This document shows positions 61,631 to 64,000 of a DNA stretch of 64,000 bases, piece by piece. The DNA comes from Porticoccus sp. (GTDB taxonomy: Bacteria; Pseudomonadota; Gammaproteobacteria; Pseudomonadales; Porticoccaceae): positions 8,400 to 72,399 of the forward strand of contig JASJGJ010000012.1 of the NCBI GenBank assembly GCA_033791605.1, given 5' to 3'. Both the position numbers and the translations under genes were made by a program. The number at the start of each line of letters is the position of its first letter. Within the stretch, counting starts at the first letter, position 1. The notes under the pieces are model-generated. The model was given only the letters and a program-made list of their open reading frames with translations. It had not been told where the DNA came from and did no database searches.

Positions 61631-61939
61631 TTAAAAAGTTGTGGATTGTTCCAGCGTTTCGAGTGCAGCAGAAACTTTCTTGTCGAGAGCGGTGAGTGCT
61701 TCGTTAGATGCACCTTGAGAGGCAGACTTAACTTCCATCTTGGATAGTTCGTAAGTCAGGTTTAGTGCTGCCATAACAGCGATGCGCTCTAATCCAATAA
61801 CGCTACCACTATTTCGGATGGTGCGCATTTTTTCGTCCAGTGCTTTGGCGGACTGCAACAGAGCATTGCGTTCTTCCGGCGGGCAGCTGACTTGATACTC
61901 TTTGTCGAGAATACGAATGTTGACGGTTTGCTGGCTCAT
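61631..61939 (-). CDS. zapA: Cell division protein ZapA
   Basis: 102 aa from ATG 61939, which has a GAGGG SD. VNIRILDKEYQVSCPPEE and LNLTYEL are typical ZapA. Confidence 0.9.
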   Translation of the reverse strand: MSQQTVNIRILDKEYQVSCPPEERNALLQSAKALDEKMRTIRNSGSVIGLERIAVMAALNLTYELSKMEVKSASQGASNEALTALDKKVSAALETLEQSTTF

Positions 61940-61943
61940 GGGT

Positions 61944-62150
61944 TCAGCCCTCACTATTGAGGTTTTTGAGCCTCACGATCATATGTTCTACACGACTGCG
62001 GGCCATTTCACTTTTTTCCAGAAGTTTACTGCGTTCCTTCAATAGGCTGGCTTCCCGTTCACGAAGGGAGGTGTTCTCTTTTTGTAGGCGAGCGCATAGA
62101 TGGATCAGGCGATCAATTTTTTGCTCGAAACTTTGCAAATCATCTGACAT
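61944..62150 (-). CDS. TIGR02449-family coiled-coil protein (ZapB-like)
   Basis: 68-aa heptad-rich protein directly upstream of zapA, as in Pseudomonas. Confidence 0.75.
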   Translation of the reverse strand: MSDDLQSFEQKIDRLIHLCARLQKENTSLREREASLLKERSKLLEKSEMARSRVEHMIVRLKNLNSEG

Positions 62151-62315
62151 TAGGTTGGCCGGTGGTAACTCTTAACGACAACTATAATTGTGTGGTCATA
62201 GATTGGTCAACAATCTTGATGTTATTTCGAGAAGTATTAGCTAGCTTCTTGCTCAAAATGGCTTTTTTTATTGGTTGTTTGATCCGGGGTGCTTGGTGGT
62301 GTGAAGGGTGATAGG

Positions 62316-62906
62316 ATGCCCTTTTGGTCAACAATGGAAACCGTTATAACCATGGATTTTAATGATATTGCTGATGCTTTTATCCGTGCCAATTTGATGG
62401 GAAGCCCGGCGGAGCTACATGGCGTTTTGTGTGGTGGCATCAGTGGTGGCAAGCATTTGTCTGAAGATGAGCTGGTGGTCGCAGTGTCCGAATTTCTCGA
62501 TGTGGAGCAAGAGCGGGTAGAAGATCTGGGCGATATGTTACCTATGCTTTATCGATTTTCTGTAGGCCAGATACGCAGTAGTGGCTTTGAATTTTTACCC
62601 CTGCTTCCCGATGATGACTTTGCTTTAAACGAGAGGCTGGCCTCATTGGGTGAATGGTGTCAGGGATTTCTATTTGGGTTGGGAAATTCCGGATTATCCG
62701 TAGAAACTGAGCTTACGGGTGATATTGCCGATGCCTTAGGCGATCTGGCTTCCATTTCCCATGTGGGAGCATTGGAGGATGAGCATGCTGAAGAAGAAGA
62801 CGAGGTGAGCTATTCCGAGTTGGTTGAGTATGTGAGAGTTGCGGTACTACTGATATATGCAGAATTAAATGTCTCTACAGCTAATGACTCTCCTACGATA
62901 CATTAG
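62316..62906 (+). CDS. ygfB: UPF0149 family protein YgfB
   Basis: SPAELHGVLCG, LGEWCQGFLFGLG and a C-terminal acidic region. The start is ambiguous: ATG 62316 has a GGTGATAGG SD, and 62334 and 62352 are also possible. The track ORF starts at 62289. Confidence 0.85.
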   Translation: MPFWSTMETVITMDFNDIADAFIRANLMGSPAELHGVLCGGISGGKHLSEDELVVAVSEFLDVEQERVEDLGDMLPMLYRFSVGQIRSSGFEFLPLLPDDDFALNERLASLGEWCQGFLFGLGNSGLSVETELTGDIADALGDLASISHVGALEDEHAEEEDEVSYSELVEYVRVAVLLIYAELNVSTANDSPTIH

Positions 62907-62973
62907 CTTTCCCGACTTATTTTTAGATTAAAGCCTTTTAACGTGATGACCTTTCGAGAGTTCAAAAAAAAGA

Positions 62974-64000
62974 ATGATTAGCAAGCAGGAATTTTCCCGT
63001 CGTAGACGCAAGCTGATGGATATGATGGCGAGCAATAGTATCGCGATCCTTACCGCAGCACCTGAACGCACACGCAATCGGGATATTAACTATCCCTATC
63101 GTCAGGATAGTGATTTTTTCTACCTCACGGGCTTTATTGAACCCGAAGCGGTATTGGTTCTAATGCCGGGCCGGAAGCATGGCGAATGTTTGATGTTCTG
63201 CCGGGATAAAAACATTGAGCGCGAAATTTGGGATGGCTATCGAGCGGGTCCAGAAGGTGTTTGCGAAAAATATGGTGCTGATGATGCTTTCCCCATCGAT
63301 GACGTCGATGACATTTTGCCCGGGCTATTGGAAGGCAGAGATCGTGTTTATTACGGTATGGGCAAAGACCCCGTCTTTGATCGCCACTTGATGGACTGGG
63401 TAAATACGATTCGTGGGCGTTCTCGTGCCGGTGCTATTCCTCCCGGGGAGTTTGTCGACCTCGATCACCTGCTTCATGAATTGCGCTTATTCAAAAGTGC
63501 GGCAGAGCAAAAAATTATGCGTGAAGCGGGTAAAATTTCTACTCGCGCACATTGTCGAGCCATGCAAATTTGTACCCCGGGTATGTACGAGTACCAGTTA
63601 CAGGCAGAAATCGAACACGAATTTGCCATGGCTGGCGCACGTTTTCCCGCCTATGGAAGCATTGTGGGTGGGGGTGCAAATGGCTGTATTCTTCACTACG
63701 TAGAAAACAGCGCAAAACTTAAAGACGGCGACTTGGTGTTAATTGATGCCGGTTGTGAGTTGCAGCATTATGCGGCAGATATTACTCGAACTTTTCCTGT
63801 TAATGGTAAATACACCGCTGAACAGAAAGCTATTTACGACGTGGTGTTAGCGTCTCAGTTGGCGGCAATTGACGTTTGCACCAAAGGTAATCATTGGGAT
63901 GAGCCTCATCAGGTGACCGTTGATGTCATTACCGAAGGGCTGCGCGATTTGGGCATTCTCGACGGTGAGCTTAACGAGTTAATCGAAACCAAAAGCTATC
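62974..64000 (+). CDS. pepP: Xaa-Pro aminopeptidase (partial; continues beyond the window end)
   Basis: Hand-translated frame 1 from ATG 62974: MISKQEFSRRRRKLMDMM...NYPYRQDSDFFYLTGF...ILHYVENSAKLKDGDLVLIDAGCE...DITRTFPVNGK. No stop before 64000, so it is missing from the ORF track. Confidence 0.9.
   Translation, partial: MISKQEFSRRRRKLMDMMASNSIAILTAAPERTRNRDINYPYRQDSDFFYLTGFIEPEAVLVLMPGRKHGECLMFCRDKNIEREIWDGYRAGPEGVCEKYGADDAFPIDDVDDILPGLLEGRDRVYYGMGKDPVFDRHLMDWVNTIRGRSRAGAIPPGEFVDLDHLLHELRLFKSAAEQKIMREAGKISTRAHCRAMQICTPGMYEYQLQAEIEHEFAMAGARFPAYGSIVGGGANGCILHYVENSAKLKDGDLVLIDAGCELQHYAADITRTFPVNGKYTAEQKAIYDVVLASQLAAIDVCTKGNHWDEPHQVTVDVITEGLRDLGILDGELNELIETKSY

Noticed and set aside
61387-61695. 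102-aa plus-strand ORF covering the ygfA-zapA gap.
   Set aside because: The region is better explained by 6S RNA on the minus strand. The ORF also overlaps the ends of ygfA and zapA.
63413-63703. 96-aa ORF in the track near the window end.
   Set aside because: It is out of frame inside the clear pepP reading frame (frame 1 from 62974).

Overview
This is a gene-dense stretch of a gammaproteobacterial chromosome with about 62 supportable CDS. By inference, the gene order resembles Pseudomonas and Oceanospirillales: coaBC-radC-rpmBG, mutM, coaD-rsmD, ftsYEX-rpoH, trmB, gshA, sahR-metK-ahcY-metF-rsmE, tktA-epd-pgk-fba, serA, rpiA/ilvA, zapA-ssrS-ygfA and ygfB-pepP. I found no rRNA, tRNA, CRISPR array, transposase, integrase or phage genes. 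One ncRNA is supported: 6S RNA (ssrS) in its conserved zapA/ygfA context.

Accessory content:
- A sigma54-controlled acetone carboxylase module (acxR divergent from acxABC), with an exact -24/-12 promoter and ribosomal-protein-like codon bias.
- An orphan, divergent SecB-like chaperone gene behind an AT-rich spacer.
- A two-gene RND efflux pair.
- Small AT-rich islets that encode uncharacterised secreted or small proteins (16.1-16.6 kb and 45.4-46.5 kb).

The SAM-cycle genes form one long minus-strand cluster. It is headed by an ArsR-methyltransferase fusion (SahR-like) with a 9+9 bp perfect palindrome in its promoter region.

I did not find a convincing, wholly undescribed multi-gene system. 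The leads most worth follow-up are the orphan SecB paralogue, the AT-rich islet at 45.4-46.5 kb, the triple direct repeat upstream of the 16.1 kb secreted protein, and the small ORF upstream of gshA. All calls come from reading the sequence and ORF translations and from recall of protein families. No searches were run.
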